A DNA stretch of 64,000 bases from an uncultured Verrucomicrobiae bacterium (GCA_963764165.1 CAVXRD010000001.1:288001-352000); one strand, 5' to 3'; numbered from the stretch's first letter, positions 49,711-61,172 are shown. Notes: generated by a model from the letters alone, not told the origin. Translations and numbers: made by a program.

Positions 49711-51069
49711 TCAGAGTTTCAGAAATTGCAGAATCTCATCGTAAATTCCGCCCTGGTTGGAATACAGAGCGTAGTTTCGCGCGGTGGCAAACCATTCTTT
49801 GGTGGTTGGTTTTTGCGCGCCCGCCGCGGCCACCAGATCCTTTGTCGTCAGCGGCTTGGGAATGCCAGACTTCATTGCCTCTTGGAGTTTTCGTTCAACG
49901 GCGATGTCGATCACAGCTTTGAGGTCCGCCCCGGAAAAGTGGTCGCATTTCTTGGCGACGTGGTCGTAATCAATCTCCTCGACGGGCTTGCCGCGGCAAT
50001 TCAATCGCAGGATCGCGGCCCGCGCCGGGGCGTCCGGCGGCGGCACAAAAAGAATGCGGTCAAACCGCCCTGGGCGGCGAAAGGCGGAATCCAGATGCCA
50101 CGGGGCGTTGGTCGCGGCGAGAATCAGCACACCTTCGTTGGAACTTTGCACGCCATCCATCTCCGCCAGGAACTGGTTGATAAGCTGACGCCCGGCGTGC
50201 TGCCGCATGTCCGAACGACTCGCTCCCAGCGCATCAACCTCGTCAAAAAACAGCACGCACGGGCGATGATTGCGGGCGTGCTCGAACAATTCATGAAGAT
50301 TGCGCTCGCTCCGGCCAATCCACATATCCAGCACGTCATTGATGCCGACGGCGATGAAGGCCGCATTGATTTCCCCGGCCGTTGCGCGCGCCAGATACGT
50401 TTTCCCGCAGCCTGGTGGGCCGTACATCAGGATGCCGCCTCCAATCGATTTGCCGTAGGCTTTGTAAAGGTCGGCATGCGTCAGCGGGTGGATGATCTTA
50501 AGGCGAATCTCCTCCTTCACCTTTTCCATGCCGCCAATGTCCTTGAAATTGACCTTGGGCCGCTCCACCTCGCGTTCGACGCCTTGAGGCTCCTCACCTT
50601 CCCAAGCGGCGCGGACTTTGCCTTCAACCACTTCGCTTTCCCGCTCGTTCGCGCCGATGCCCAGGCGCGCGGCGAATTCCGTGTCCGCCACGGCGCTGTC
50701 CAGTTCAACGGCGCGGCGATACTCGAAAATGGATTTCTCGATTTCACCAGCGGCGGCAAGCAGCCGGGCGTGCAGCAGGAAGGCCCGGGCCGGGGCATTT
50801 TGGGTTTTGCACAGGTCCTCGATAATGACCAGCGCGTGGGTGTGCTTCCCCTGCTGGTGAAAAGCACGGGCGAGGCCGAGTTTCAAGGCCGGGCTGTTGG
50901 GCGCGTTGCCGAGAGCTTCACGAAATTCCTTTTCCGCTTCTTCCGCGTGACCGTGCCCGAGCAGCGTTTCGGCGAAATGCTGCCGCAGCGCGAGATTGTT
51001 GGGCGAAACGCGAAGCGCCTCGCGCAACGCTTTCAGTGCGTCATCGGCTGAGGGATTGTCAGTGCTCAT
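49711..51069 (-). CDS. AAA+ ATPase with N-terminal TPR
   Basis: GPPGCGKT, FFDEVD, ATNAPW, FRRPGRFD. Confidence 0.92.
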   Translation of the reverse strand: MSTDNPSADDALKALREALRVSPNNLALRQHFAETLLGHGHAEEAEKEFREALGNAPNSPALKLGLARAFHQQGKHTHALVIIEDLCKTQNAPARAFLLHARLLAAAGEIEKSIFEYRRAVELDSAVADTEFAARLGIGANERESEVVEGKVRAAWEGEEPQGVEREVERPKVNFKDIGGMEKVKEEIRLKIIHPLTHADLYKAYGKSIGGGILMYGPPGCGKTYLARATAGEINAAFIAVGINDVLDMWIGRSERNLHELFEHARNHRPCVLFFDEVDALGASRSDMRQHAGRQLINQFLAEMDGVQSSNEGVLILAATNAPWHLDSAFRRPGRFDRILFVPPPDAPARAAILRLNCRGKPVEEIDYDHVAKKCDHFSGADLKAVIDIAVERKLQEAMKSGIPKPLTTKDLVAAAGAQKPTTKEWFATARNYALYSNQGGIYDEILQFLKL

Positions 51070-51221
51070 GATCTAAAATTGACCAGCGATGCTACACTTA
51101 GACGATTCGGCTGCACAGAAAATTAGAACCTGCGGCAAGGTCCGGGAAAAACCGGTGTTGGCCGTGCCGGTTGAACCGACCTGCTCGTGAGCTTCGCCGC
51201 TGAGTTCCTCGTCTTCCGGTT

Positions 51222-51416
51222 TTACATCGCAAGATACTTTGTCGAATCTGAATCCTTCGAGACCACTGTGAAGCCATGCACCCACGCGCACTCCCAAATT
51301 TCGTCGTCCCCGGCTTCGTGCATCCCGACCAATCTCACTTGGCTCGACTCTGGAAACACATCCTCCAGATCCTTCTCCAATTTGAAGCTCAAGTTCTGGT
51401 CGAACAGCAGTTTCAT
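51222..51416 (-). pseudogene. DUF5615 PIN-like toxin, truncated at 64 aa
   Basis: MKLLFDQNLS, DDEIW, VSKDSD then premature end. Confidence 0.78.
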
Positions 51417-51637
51417 CCGGCCACAGTGACGAGGCGGCGTTCGCGTTCAGAGGCGTATTCGAGACAAGCCCGGATGTCTTCCTCCGTCAATTCAGGAAAG
51501 TCGCCAATAATTTCAGCGTGCGTCATCCCCGCAGCCAGCCAGCCAAGCACGTCGGCCACGGCAATTCGCATCCTTCGGATGCACGGACGCCCGCCGCGCT
51601 TGCCGGCCTCGATGGTGATAATCTGTTTGTAATCCAT
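51413..51637 (-). CDS. DUF433-family antitoxin
   Basis: KRGGRPCIRRMRIAV, DFPELTEEDIRACL. Confidence 0.9.
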   Translation of the reverse strand: MDYKQIITIEAGKRGGRPCIRRMRIAVADVLGWLAAGMTHAEIIGDFPELTEEDIRACLEYASERERRLVTVAG

Positions 51638-51978
51638 ACTTGGTCATCCCTATAACATCCCAGCGCCGACGGACAGGCAATACTTTCGACTTTAGCCCAG
51701 CCACCGGACGCAAATGGGCACTTATGTGTGACCCTTTTTCCGATCCGAGCCAATCGCTGTTATCGCGGGAAGCTGTCGAAATGCCATGGCCGGTGAGTGC
51801 CGTCAGGCACGCCATATTTGTACCATCCACGAAATAACAGGCCCAAGCCCCGTCAGAGGCGAGACGCCTCTGCCACCTTCAACGCACCCAGCAGCAGAAG
51901 AATTTGTCCTGCGCTCCGCAGCCCGTTGCGTTTACTTTTCGCTTTTACCACGGAACGAATGCCGTTAGCGTAACCACC

Positions 51979-52899
51979 ATGGCTAAACCTGCATTGGGGC
52001 GCGGACTTGGCGCCCTGTTCAGCGGCGCGCCTTCTCCAGCTCCCGCGGCTGGAAAAGATTCCGCGCCGCCCGTCCCGACGCCCGCTCCGGCTGGCGGCGA
52101 GCAGGTGCGCCGTGTCCCTGTCAAGCAATTGCATCCCTGCCCTTTTCAACCACGCAAGGATTTCGCCCCGGAATCGCTCCAGGAATTGGCCGATTCCATC
52201 AAGGAACAGGGCATTGTGCAGCCGTTGATTGTTCGCGCCGTGGGCGACGGCTACGAAATCATCGCGGGTGAACGGCGATGGCGGGCGGCGCAATTGGCGT
52301 CGCTGACTGAAGTGCCGGTTATTGTTCGCGAAGCGGATGACCGCGCTGTCCTAGAGATGGCGCTCATCGAAAATTTGCAGCGCGAGAACCTCAATGCCAT
52401 CGAAGAAGCCCAAGGTTACGCGCAACTCGTCAGCCAGTTCCAACTCACGCAGGAACAGGCCGCCGTCAAGGTCGGCAAGAGCCGCGCGGTGGTGGCAAAT
52501 GCGCTGCGGTTGTTGAAGTTGCCGCAGGCGCTGCAGACATTTGTTCGCGATGGCCGCCTCTCGGTGGGCCATGCGAAAGTAATTCTTGGATTGCCGCTTC
52601 CTGAAACGCAGCAAACCGCGGCGGAACGGGTGTTGAAGGACGCACTCAATGTCCGCCAGACCGAGGAATTGATCGTTGAGCTGCAGAAACCGGCCCCCGA
52701 AAAAAGCGCGCCCAAACCAACTCCCGCTCCGCCGAAGACGGATGCCCACGTCATGGCGGTGCAGAACAAATTTCAGGAGCGTTTCGGCACCAAAGTCGCG
52801 ATCCGTTATAAATATGGCAGGGGCTCAGTCGAAATTAAATTTTTCAGCGACGATGATCTTGAGCGGATTTTAAAAGTCGCGGGAATCGAAATGGATTAA
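51979..52899 (+). CDS. parB: Chromosome partitioning protein ParB/Spo0J
   Basis: LGRGLGAL, QPRKDF, IAGERRWRAA, IENLQRENL, SVGHAK. Confidence 0.95.
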   Translation: MAKPALGRGLGALFSGAPSPAPAAGKDSAPPVPTPAPAGGEQVRRVPVKQLHPCPFQPRKDFAPESLQELADSIKEQGIVQPLIVRAVGDGYEIIAGERRWRAAQLASLTEVPVIVREADDRAVLEMALIENLQRENLNAIEEAQGYAQLVSQFQLTQEQAAVKVGKSRAVVANALRLLKLPQALQTFVRDGRLSVGHAKVILGLPLPETQQTAAERVLKDALNVRQTEELIVELQKPAPEKSAPKPTPAPPKTDAHVMAVQNKFQERFGTKVAIRYKYGRGSVEIKFFSDDDLERILKVAGIEMD

Positions 52900-52936
52900 C
52901 GGCACAAGAGACACACGCTATTTCCCAATTACATAC

Positions 52937-54052
52937 ATGAATACACAACAACTTCGCGCGCAGTGCGCGCAAGCATTGATGGCCCAGCAGGAACGGGCGA
53001 CACATCTGAGCGCCTTTGTCGGGCTGGATGGCTTCGTCGACGAAATTCTCCACGTCGTTGACAAACGCGAAAATGCGGAAGTCTACCAGCGCCTGCCGAC
53101 CATCGCGCAACTGGCCTCGCGTTTCGCCGCCGCCGCCGGCAGAAGCACCAACCTGGAGCTTGTCAAACAAATTACCAAGCTCGGCGGCAACGGCCCGATC
53201 ATGGCCAATGCCCTGGCCAGTTTTGGCGTGCGCGTGACGTATCTCGGCGTGCTGGGTTATCCCGCGCTTCACCCCATCTTCAGTGACTTCTCGAAAAAGG
53301 CGGAAGTCTACAGCATCGGCGATCCCGGAACCACAGACGCCCTTGAATTCGACGACGGCAAGGTGATGGTTGGCAAACATTACACGCTCAAAGAAGTGAC
53401 CTGGCCGAATATCCAGGCACGATTCGGACGCGACAAGTTCGCCGCGAAATTCGGCTCGTCGGACCTCGTCGGCTTTGTCAATTGGACAATGCTCCCCTAC
53501 ATGAGTGATGTCTGGGAAGCGATCCTCTCTGAAATCTGCCCGTCGATGAAAGGCCCGCGCCGCACGATTTTCTTCGATCTGGCCGACCCCGAGAAACGCA
53601 CGAAGGAGGACATTTTGCGCGCGCTGGATTTGATCGGGAAATTTGAGCCTTATTTCGATGTCATCCTCGGGTTGAACGAGAAGGAGGCATACGAAATCGG
53701 CAACGTGCTCGGGATGAAACCGGCATCCACCACGCCGGATGCGTTGATGGATTTTTGCATTGCGATCGCGAAACAGTTGAAATGCGGCACACTGGTGGTG
53801 CATCCAGTTTCCTACGCGCTGGCGATTACGAAGGGCCAGGGCGCGATGGTGGAAGGGCCGTTCACGCCCAAGCCGCTGATCACCACCGGCGCGGGCGATC
53901 ATTTCAATTCCGGCTTCTGCCTTGGAAAATTGCTTGGCTTTGACAACGCGATGAGCGTCCTAACGGGCGTCACAACCAGCGGTTATTACGTCCGCTCGGC
54001 GCAGAGCCCGACGATTCCGCAACTCGCGGCGATGTTGAACGAGCCAGCGTAA
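52937..54052 (+). CDS. PfkB/ribokinase-family carbohydrate kinase
   Basis: GGNGPIMA, NEKE, TTGAGDHFNSG. Confidence 0.85.
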   Translation: MNTQQLRAQCAQALMAQQERATHLSAFVGLDGFVDEILHVVDKRENAEVYQRLPTIAQLASRFAAAAGRSTNLELVKQITKLGGNGPIMANALASFGVRVTYLGVLGYPALHPIFSDFSKKAEVYSIGDPGTTDALEFDDGKVMVGKHYTLKEVTWPNIQARFGRDKFAAKFGSSDLVGFVNWTMLPYMSDVWEAILSEICPSMKGPRRTIFFDLADPEKRTKEDILRALDLIGKFEPYFDVILGLNEKEAYEIGNVLGMKPASTTPDALMDFCIAIAKQLKCGTLVVHPVSYALAITKGQGAMVEGPFTPKPLITTGAGDHFNSGFCLGKLLGFDNAMSVLTGVTTSGYYVRSAQSPTIPQLAAMLNEPA

Positions 54053-54056
54053 GCGC

Positions 54057-54632
54057 ATGATCTTGGAGGTTGTCAAATACGGGCATCCGGCCTTGCGGCA
54101 AAAAGGGGCGCGGATTGAAAAAGTCACGCCCGAGATCGAGAAACTGATCGCCGACATGTTCGACACAATGTACGTGTCGAAAGGCGTAGGCCTCGCGGCC
54201 CAGCAAGTCGGCAAGGCATTGCAGTTGACAGTGGTGGACGTGCGGGCTTCGACGGAACGCCCGTCCACGCTTGAACTCGACGGCAAGCCGGCGGTGGTGG
54301 AGCCGTTCATGCCGCTGGTGCTGATCAATCCCAAAGTGGAACCCGTTGCCGATCCCGAGGAAGGCCCCGAGGGCTGCCTGAGCTTCCCCGAGATTTACGC
54401 GGATATCAGCCGCCCAGCGAAAGTGGACGTAACCGCCACGAATGAGAAGGGCGAGGAAATCAAATTTCGCGCGGGCGGATTGCTGGCCCGGGCCGTTCAA
54501 CACGAACTCGATCATTTGAACGGAATCCTTTTCATCGACCGCATGAAACGAGCGGACAAGGAAAAGCTGCGGGACGAATTGGATGTGCTGCAAGCCGAGA
54601 CCAAGGCTGAGCTGAAAAAGAAAAAGAAGTGA
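54057..54632 (+). CDS. def: Peptide deformylase
   Basis: GVGLAAQQ, EGCLS, QHELDHLNG. Confidence 0.96.
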   Translation: MILEVVKYGHPALRQKGARIEKVTPEIEKLIADMFDTMYVSKGVGLAAQQVGKALQLTVVDVRASTERPSTLELDGKPAVVEPFMPLVLINPKVEPVADPEEGPEGCLSFPEIYADISRPAKVDVTATNEKGEEIKFRAGGLLARAVQHELDHLNGILFIDRMKRADKEKLRDELDVLQAETKAELKKKKK

Positions 54633-54757
54633 GCGGCAGCCATGCGGAAAAGTTTTCAACTTTTGCCGTGCGGCGTGAGACGAAAAAAATACGAGGAACA
54701 TTCGTCAAAGCAGCGGGAAGAATTTTTATGCAGACCGCAGATGTTCTGTTTCCCGTA

Positions 54758-54956
54758 CCTCTCATTAACACCCCGCTTCAGCGGGGTGCGGGCGCCGTCG
54801 GCCCGACAAAAACCGTTTCAACGGTTTTGGCATCGCGTCACTTCGCCCCGTAACGTTCCACCCGCAATTTCGGCGCGGCAAGACCGGAAACCGTTAAAAC
54901 GGTTTCCTCTTCGCTCGCATGGGGCCTCCCCGCTGAAGCGGGGTGTTAATGAGAGG
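54758..54956. repeat. Nested REP-like inverted repeat
   Basis: 29-bp perfect arms CCTCTCATTAACACCCCGCTTCAGCGGGG (54758-54786, 54928-54956) enclosing two AAACCGTT.AACGGTTT hairpins. Confidence 0.85.
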
Positions 54957-54971
54957 AAAGCCAGAAGATTC

Positions 54972-57026
54972 TTGTCGTGCGCCTTTTTGCTGCGGCTTGC
55001 CATAATTTTTGTTGACGTCAATTTGCGGGCAGAGGCACCGCGGGGCCTGCGCCCTTGGAACGACTATCGCACGATCATGTGGATTGGCGAAAGTCCGGGG
55101 CGCAAGCCGGACAAACTTCCGCTTTTCTATCAGCGCCTCAAAGAAATGGGCATCAATACTACAATGGTTTCAGGCGAGGCGGATCCCGCGCCTGCTTTGG
55201 AGAATCATTTTCCATATTACGTTGAGAACATGGTCAATCGCGGGCTGTGCCTGAAGTTCAATTCCAATGTTCGCGACTGGGATAAATTTGTCACCGAGTG
55301 GAACAAAAACGGGCGGCCAAAATCCGCGATGACGCGAGACTATTGCCTTGTCGATCCTGAATGGCGTGATTGGGCAAGCAAGGAAGTGACGCGCATCGCC
55401 TCGCAAAACGCTCAGCACCACCCGCTCGCCTACAATTTGCGCGACGAACTTTCCACGACGTATTCAGCCAACCCGTTCGATTACGATTTCAGCCCCGCGT
55501 CGCTCGCCGCGTTTCGGAAATGGCTGCATGGACGATATTCGACTTTGGCCGCGCTGAATGCGGAATGGGAGACCGCATTTTCCAATTGGGACGAGGTCAC
55601 GCCCTTCACCACCGACGAAATCAAAGCGCGCATGTCCGGCCAAAAACCTGGCGTCAAAGCCGATTGGCCGGAGTTGCGCGCGATGAAATTCGACAAAGAG
55701 TTGGCAAGGCAAAATCCCCTGCGTTGGAACTTCGCCCCGTGGGCGGACTTCCGCAGTTTCATGGATCGTTCGCTGATGGACACCTTGCAAACTCTCACGA
55801 TTGCAGCGCATCACATCGATCCAGAAACGCCCGTCGGCATCGAAGGAACGCAAATGCCGAGCGCGTTCGGCGGATATGATTTTCGGCATCTGGCGGATGA
55901 GATGGACTGGGTCGAGGCCTATGATATTGGCAGCTCGCGCGAGATTCTGGAATCGTTCATGGCGTTCAAGCCAGTTCTCACTACGGTTTTTGAGAACGAC
56001 ACCAACCACGCGCGCCGCCGCCTGTGGCATCTCTTGCTCGAGGGCGATCGCGGATGCATCGTCTGGTGGAGCGAGGACTGCATTGACTTCACACGCGACG
56101 ACTACGCGCTGACGCCCAAGGCAAAGGCGCTGGCCCCGGTTCTCAAAGAGATGGCTTCGCCGCTGGCCAAGATTTTCATTCGTCCGGCGCTGAGGACGAG
56201 ATCGTCCATTTACATTTTGTATTCCCAGCCAAGCATTCAACTCGATTGGATGCTGGAGTCCGCGCCCGACGGCGTGACGTGGCAGCGGCGTTTTTCCAGT
56301 TACGAAGCCGCCAACAACCACATGATCCAAATGAGGGATGGCTGGCTCAAGGCATTGCAGGATTTGGGCTATGATCCCGTGTTTCTCGCCACGGATGAGT
56401 TGGACACAGGCATGATGCCCGGCTCGGGCGTTCTTATATTGACAGACGCCGCCGCCCTCGACGACGTGACCGCCGCGAAGGTCAACGCCTTCGCGGCGCA
56501 AAACACGGTGCTCTACGATGCGGAGCCCGGAACATTCGATGGGCACTGCAAGCTGCGAATAACGAACGCAATTCATGTGGACACCTCAGGAAAATGCCCG
56601 TTCGATCCGGCGGACTATGCGAAGAATCGCCTTGGCAACAAAATGAGCGGAACGAGCAATTTGGCGGCGTGGCTCTCAGGCAAATTGAAGGCGCCGCCAG
56701 TTCCACTGGACGCCTCGGACCACGTTCGCTTGCACCAATACTACACCGGGGCGGCAAACATCCTCGCGTTCGAGCGGAACGCGGAATATTCGATGAGCGA
56801 GTCACTCTCGCAGGCGGGCGGCAATGAGGCGCTGGAAAAGCCGATTTCGCAAAATGTGATTTTGGCGGAGAAAGGGCATTTGTATGATCTCAACACCGGC
56901 GCTTACTTGGGCTTCACAAATCAATTGCGCTTCACGCTCGACCCGTGGCATCCATCGTTGTTCGCGGCTGCCCGGAGAAAAATTGAGGACGGGAAATTGA
57001 TCGAGACCCTTGGTTTCCGCGAGTAA
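54972..57026 (+). CDS. GH42/beta-galactosidase-like glycoside hydrolase (start uncertain)
   Basis: AFRKWLHGRYSTLAALNAEWET, RDE, WADFRSF, trimerisation-domain-like C-terminus. Confidence 0.72.
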   Translation: MSCAFLLRLAIIFVDVNLRAEAPRGLRPWNDYRTIMWIGESPGRKPDKLPLFYQRLKEMGINTTMVSGEADPAPALENHFPYYVENMVNRGLCLKFNSNVRDWDKFVTEWNKNGRPKSAMTRDYCLVDPEWRDWASKEVTRIASQNAQHHPLAYNLRDELSTTYSANPFDYDFSPASLAAFRKWLHGRYSTLAALNAEWETAFSNWDEVTPFTTDEIKARMSGQKPGVKADWPELRAMKFDKELARQNPLRWNFAPWADFRSFMDRSLMDTLQTLTIAAHHIDPETPVGIEGTQMPSAFGGYDFRHLADEMDWVEAYDIGSSREILESFMAFKPVLTTVFENDTNHARRRLWHLLLEGDRGCIVWWSEDCIDFTRDDYALTPKAKALAPVLKEMASPLAKIFIRPALRTRSSIYILYSQPSIQLDWMLESAPDGVTWQRRFSSYEAANNHMIQMRDGWLKALQDLGYDPVFLATDELDTGMMPGSGVLILTDAAALDDVTAAKVNAFAAQNTVLYDAEPGTFDGHCKLRITNAIHVDTSGKCPFDPADYAKNRLGNKMSGTSNLAAWLSGKLKAPPVPLDASDHVRLHQYYTGAANILAFERNAEYSMSESLSQAGGNEALEKPISQNVILAEKGHLYDLNTGAYLGFTNQLRFTLDPWHPSLFAAARRKIEDGKLIETLGFRE

Positions 57027-57044
57027 CCGCGCATCGCGAAGCGA

Positions 57045-57075
57045 GGTAGGGACGCCTCGGCGAGGCGTACCTGCC
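57045..57075. repeat. REP hairpin between convergent genes (possible terminator)
   Basis: GGTAGGGACGCCTCG-G-CGAGGCGTACCTGCC. Confidence 0.75.
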
Positions 57076-57851
57076 TACTGACTCCTTTCGAGCGCGGCAA
57101 GGTTCGCGGCAGACGCCGCATCCAGAAAGTATTTCACACCCGAATGCCACCGCAGCGCGGAAGCGGGAGCGGCGGGATTAATTTCTCCTGTCAAACATTC
57201 CGCCACTGCCTTGGCTTTGCGGGCGTCCGGGACAATGCAGAGGATCTGCTTCGCCTTGAGAATTTGCTGAATCGACATGGAGATGGCGCGCAACGGCACG
57301 TCCTCCAAAGTCGGAAACCAGCCTTCTCCCCATTGTTGACGGCGGCACGCCTCGTCCAGAGTGACGACAATGTAAGGCTCCTCCGTCACAAAGTCAGCGG
57401 GCGGATCGTTGAAGGCAAGATGCCCATTTTCGCCGATGCCGACGAAGGCCACATCAATCGGCGCTGCGTTCAAAGCCGCGCCCACCGCGCGGCAGACACC
57501 GCCCGGCTCCGCTTCGCCGTAAAGAAGATGGTATTGGGAAATGCACGCGGGCTGAATAAGCCGCTCCAGAAGATATTTCCGAAAGCTCGCCTGATGCGTG
57601 GCAGGCAGCCCAATGTACTCGTCAAGATGAAACATTTCCGTGCGGCTCCAGTCGACATCTTTGCGCGATGCCAATGCCGACAGAAAATGAATCTGCGAAG
57701 CTCCCGTCGCGGCTATAAAGCGCGCCCTGCCCTGCCGCGCAATGGCGTCGTTCAAAATGGAAGCCGCTTCCTCCGCGGCAGCGCGGCTCAATTCGTCGCG
57801 ATTGGGAAAAATCCGAATGTCTTGGGACGGCGCGAGATTAATTTTGATCAT
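57075..57851 (-). CDS. nagB: Glucosamine-6-phosphate deaminase family
   Basis: [25 protein letters not shown]. Confidence 0.88.
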   Translation of the reverse strand: MIKINLAPSQDIRIFPNRDELSRAAAEEAASILNDAIARQGRARFIAATGASQIHFLSALASRKDVDWSRTEMFHLDEYIGLPATHQASFRKYLLERLIQPACISQYHLLYGEAEPGGVCRAVGAALNAAPIDVAFVGIGENGHLAFNDPPADFVTEEPYIVVTLDEACRRQQWGEGWFPTLEDVPLRAISMSIQQILKAKQILCIVPDARKAKAVAECLTGEINPAAPASALRWHSGVKYFLDAASAANLAALERSQ

Positions 57852-57884
57852 ATCGCGCGGCGCCACCATCGCGCCCAACGGAAA

Positions 57885-58334
57885 TCAATGCTTTGGCCGC
57901 AGCAGAATCGCCTTCTTGGTCGTGCCCTCGACTTCGACGCTGCTGGCTTCGATGCCCGGGTCGTCCTTCAAGGAATTGTAAATGACGCGCCGATCAAACG
58001 CGCTCATCGGCTCCATCTCGACGACATCGCCCCAGCGGCGCACCTTCTCGGCGGCAGCCTGCGCTTTTTGCACGAGAGCTTCGCGGGCCTTGGAACGGTA
58101 GCCGCCGACATCGATGAGAACCTTGGGAGCGTTTTGATCCTTCTGAAAAAGCATCCGGTTGGTGATATACTGAAGGTCGGATAACGTCTGCCCCTGGCGG
58201 CCAATCAAGCGGCCCGAGTCGTCCGTTTTGACGTCGAGGAAAACACCGTCGTCCAGAGGATGTTCTTCGACGGTCGCTTCAAATCCCAGTGTCTTGAGGA
58301 TTTCTTCGAGTATGGCTTTGGCTTGCTCAGGCAT
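57885..58334 (-). CDS. jag: Jag/KhpB RNA-binding protein (KH + R3H, no Jag_N domain)
   Basis: LIGRQGQTL, PMSAFDRRVI; downstream of yidC. Confidence 0.85.
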   Translation of the reverse strand: MPEQAKAILEEILKTLGFEATVEEHPLDDGVFLDVKTDDSGRLIGRQGQTLSDLQYITNRMLFQKDQNAPKVLIDVGGYRSKAREALVQKAQAAAEKVRRWGDVVEMEPMSAFDRRVIYNSLKDDPGIEASSVEVEGTTKKAILLRPKH

Positions 58335-58384
58335 AGAACCCAACTACTTTCTCCGGGCAATATAGCCCGGCTGTCAAACATTGG

Positions 58385-60193
58385 CTATCTTTTTTTCCTG
58401 ACCGGCACGGCGGCAACGGTGACTGGCGCGTTGCTGTCGGTCGTCCTGGTCAGCTTCAATTGCAAAATGCTCAGCAGCGTGCTGACCGTCCAATAAAGCG
58501 TCAAACCGGCGGACATCCGGTAGAAAAATACGATCATCATCAGCGGCATCCAGCGCATCAATTTTTGCTGGGCGGGATCCATCCCGGGCGATGGCGGCAT
58601 GGTATGCGATTGCCAAAGCTGGGTCGCGCCCATGATGAGAGGAAGCGGGTTAATGGGGAGGCTTCCGACAAACGGCAGCGTAATCGAGGCAATGGTGTCC
58701 GGCTGCGAAAGATCCCACGCCCACAGAAAATGCGCGCCCCGCAATTCAATGGCCCCGCGCAGCATCGAATAGAAGCCAATGAACACCGGCAATTGAAGCA
58801 TGCTCGGGATGCAACTGCCCATCGGGTTGATCTTGTTCTGCTTGTAAAATTCCAGCGTTTTCTCGTTCTTCTTGACGGCATCGTCCTTGTATTTCTCGGA
58901 GATCGCCTTGAGTTGCGGCTGCAGCGCTTGCATGCGCTTCTGGGATTTGTTGGCTGACGCCGTGAGCGGCCAGAACACCATCTTCAGCACAAACGTGATG
59001 ATGACGATATCGAGCCAGTACGACGCCCCCAGCAGGCTGTGGAGCCCGTTCAAAGTCAAGAGCATCAGCTTGGGCACGTAACCCCAAAAACCTGTGAAAT
59101 CCATGATCAGGTCCAGGTTGTTGTCCATCGCCTCGCCGATGTGGGCCAGGCGGTTGTATTCCTTCGGCCCAGCGTAGAAAGTGAAGTCGGACTCAATCGT
59201 TTGGCTGGCGGCCAGGGTGGCGCTTGGGTAAACGAGGGATGCCTGATAGCCATTTGTCAGGTAGGCCGTCATCGCGTTGGTGGGGCCGCTCATATCCGGC
59301 GGATCCACCCGGATCTTGTCGATGATGACTTCGGCGGCGTTTGTCGGTGGTATTGCGGCGAGCGCAAAAAACTGATTGTCCACCGCCGCCCAAACCACAT
59401 TGGTGGCGCCGTCTTCAAAGCGCCAGCGCGGCGTTCCGGTGCCGGGCACGCACCCGAAAAGGCGATTAGCATACCATCCGTCGCGGATTTTGGTGGATTT
59501 TACGCCGTTGAACCAGAGCCCTCCAATCGCCGTGGGATCATCCAGCGGGCCGATGGCCGTCGCAGTGCCAATGACAATATCGCGATCCGGCAGCGCCAAT
59601 GGCTGCGCAGTGGAATTCTCCAGCCACAGACGCGCCTTGAACATGTAATTCGTCCCCGGCGTGAATTCCTTCACGACTCGCAAACCGTTATGAAACTTCT
59701 TCTCGGCGTGAACGACATCGCCCTTCCTGGAAAGCTCAAAATCTCCGGTGCCGTCGAGATCGGATCCCATCAGCGCAAAAATCGGAAGCGTCGCGTTGTG
59801 GTTCAGACAGGCCAGCTCGTTGCTGGAAGGAGCGGGCTGGCCGGGACGGCGAACCACCGCCTGAAAATTGCGCAATTCAATGTCCTTCACACCGCCGCCA
59901 TGAGAAGTGAAGTGGAAAATTAAATCCTCATTGGTGACGGAGATGATTTGCTCTGGGCCTTCGTTGCGGGACGTCGCATTCGTCGACGACTGTGGCGCGC
60001 CCGGCGATGCAATCGCCGTATTGGATGCGCTGCTGTTGGGCTGCGGAGCGTTGGTCAATCGCGCTTGCGGATGAATTGCGCTGGGCGGCGGCAACACCAC
60101 CTTCTTGGGCGGAAAATAATGGTCGATCACCGGCGACGCTACAAAGTAGAGCGCGATGGCAGCGACAAGGATAATGATCGATTTACGATCCAT
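58385..60193 (-). CDS. yidC: Membrane protein insertase YidC
   Basis: [26 protein letters not shown]. Confidence 0.95.
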   Translation of the reverse strand: MDRKSIIILVAAIALYFVASPVIDHYFPPKKVVLPPPSAIHPQARLTNAPQPNSSASNTAIASPGAPQSSTNATSRNEGPEQIISVTNEDLIFHFTSHGGGVKDIELRNFQAVVRRPGQPAPSSNELACLNHNATLPIFALMGSDLDGTGDFELSRKGDVVHAEKKFHNGLRVVKEFTPGTNYMFKARLWLENSTAQPLALPDRDIVIGTATAIGPLDDPTAIGGLWFNGVKSTKIRDGWYANRLFGCVPGTGTPRWRFEDGATNVVWAAVDNQFFALAAIPPTNAAEVIIDKIRVDPPDMSGPTNAMTAYLTNGYQASLVYPSATLAASQTIESDFTFYAGPKEYNRLAHIGEAMDNNLDLIMDFTGFWGYVPKLMLLTLNGLHSLLGASYWLDIVIITFVLKMVFWPLTASANKSQKRMQALQPQLKAISEKYKDDAVKKNEKTLEFYKQNKINPMGSCIPSMLQLPVFIGFYSMLRGAIELRGAHFLWAWDLSQPDTIASITLPFVGSLPINPLPLIMGATQLWQSHTMPPSPGMDPAQQKLMRWMPLMMIVFFYRMSAGLTLYWTVSTLLSILQLKLTRTTDSNAPVTVAAVPVRKKR

Positions 60194-60476
60194 GGCAAAT
60201 TCCAGAAGTCCGCAAAGTATGTTTTACCGAACGTGAAGGCGGCGGGCACGGATCATCGCCGCACTTGCCCCACGGATGGCATCGCCCCAAACGGCGCAAC
60301 GCCAGCCACCCGCCGCGAATGACCCCATGCTTTTCGATGGCCTCCCGCGCATATTGCGAGCAGCTCGGATTAAAACGGCAGCGCGCCGAAGGCCCCAAAA
60401 TGAAGACCAATATCGGCGAAATAAAAAGCTGATAGAGACGGATGCAGAAGCTGAGGCTAAATTGAACGATATTCAT
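60183..60476 (-). CDS. yidD: Membrane protein insertion efficiency factor
   Basis: [16 protein letters not shown]. Confidence 0.95.
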   Translation of the reverse strand: MNIVQFSLSFCIRLYQLFISPILVFILGPSARCRFNPSCSQYAREAIEKHGVIRGGWLALRRLGRCHPWGKCGDDPCPPPSRSVKHTLRTSGICHGS

Positions 60477-60497
60477 GCGCCAGACCCGTTAGCAGCC

Positions 60498-60863
60498 CTA
60501 TTCCAAACCCGCCTGACGGAGAACGCGCACCAAGTCGTTTTCGACCTCAGCCAGCTTCTTGCCGGCAATGGACGGACGTGCGATCAACACCAAGTCCACC
60601 GGTTTCGACAAACCATGCTGATGCAGGCGAAAGCCTTCGCGCAACAAACGGCGAGCCCGGCTGCGCACCACGGCGCCCCCAATCTTCCGGCTCGTGACAA
60701 CGCCAAGACGGCTCGATTGCCCCGCCGGACGCGGCAGGACATTGGCAATCAGACAGCCGCAGACCAATCGGCGGCCTTGGGCCTTGGCGCGGGCAAATTC
60801 ACCCCGCATCTTGAGGCGGCTGGCACGCGGAAAGGTCAAACGCGAAGATGGCGTTTGGGCCAT
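60498..60863 (-). CDS. rnpA: Ribonuclease P protein
   Basis: RLGVVTSRKIGGAVVRSRARR; gene order. Confidence 0.93.
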   Translation of the reverse strand: MAQTPSSRLTFPRASRLKMRGEFARAKAQGRRLVCGCLIANVLPRPAGQSSRLGVVTSRKIGGAVVRSRARRLLREGFRLHQHGLSKPVDLVLIARPSIAGKKLAEVENDLVRVLRQAGLE

Positions 60864-60877
60864 GCGATTGAGCGCAA

Positions 60878-61015
60878 TTAAACCGGGGTAAGGCGGCGGC
60901 GGCCCACGCGGCGGCGATTGGCCAGGGTGGCGCGCCCGCTCTTGCTTGAATTGCGATTCAAAAAGCCGTGTTGGCGCTTGCGCCGGATCTTTGACGGTTG
61001 ATACTGACGTTTCAT
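60878..61015 (-). CDS. rpmH: 50S ribosomal protein L34 (not in ORF track)
   Basis: [45 protein letters not shown]. Confidence 0.96.
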   Translation of the reverse strand: MKRQYQPSKIRRKRQHGFLNRNSSKSGRATLANRRRVGRRRLTPV

Positions 61016-61172
61016 TTCTTTATTAGATTAACCAGACGTTGCCACATTTTCCCGGGGAGGCGACGGCCCCGTCCTGAGCGGGCAGACCGCAAATCAGAGT
61101 GTGAGAAGATAGCGGCTCGCCGCAAGGTGTCAATCGCGCAAATTGCCTTTTGGATCGTCGCAAAATCAATCT

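Noticed and set aside
54642..54971. N-terminal extension of the 794-aa ORF
   Set aside because: It is a translation of a nested inverted repeat, not protein-like sequence
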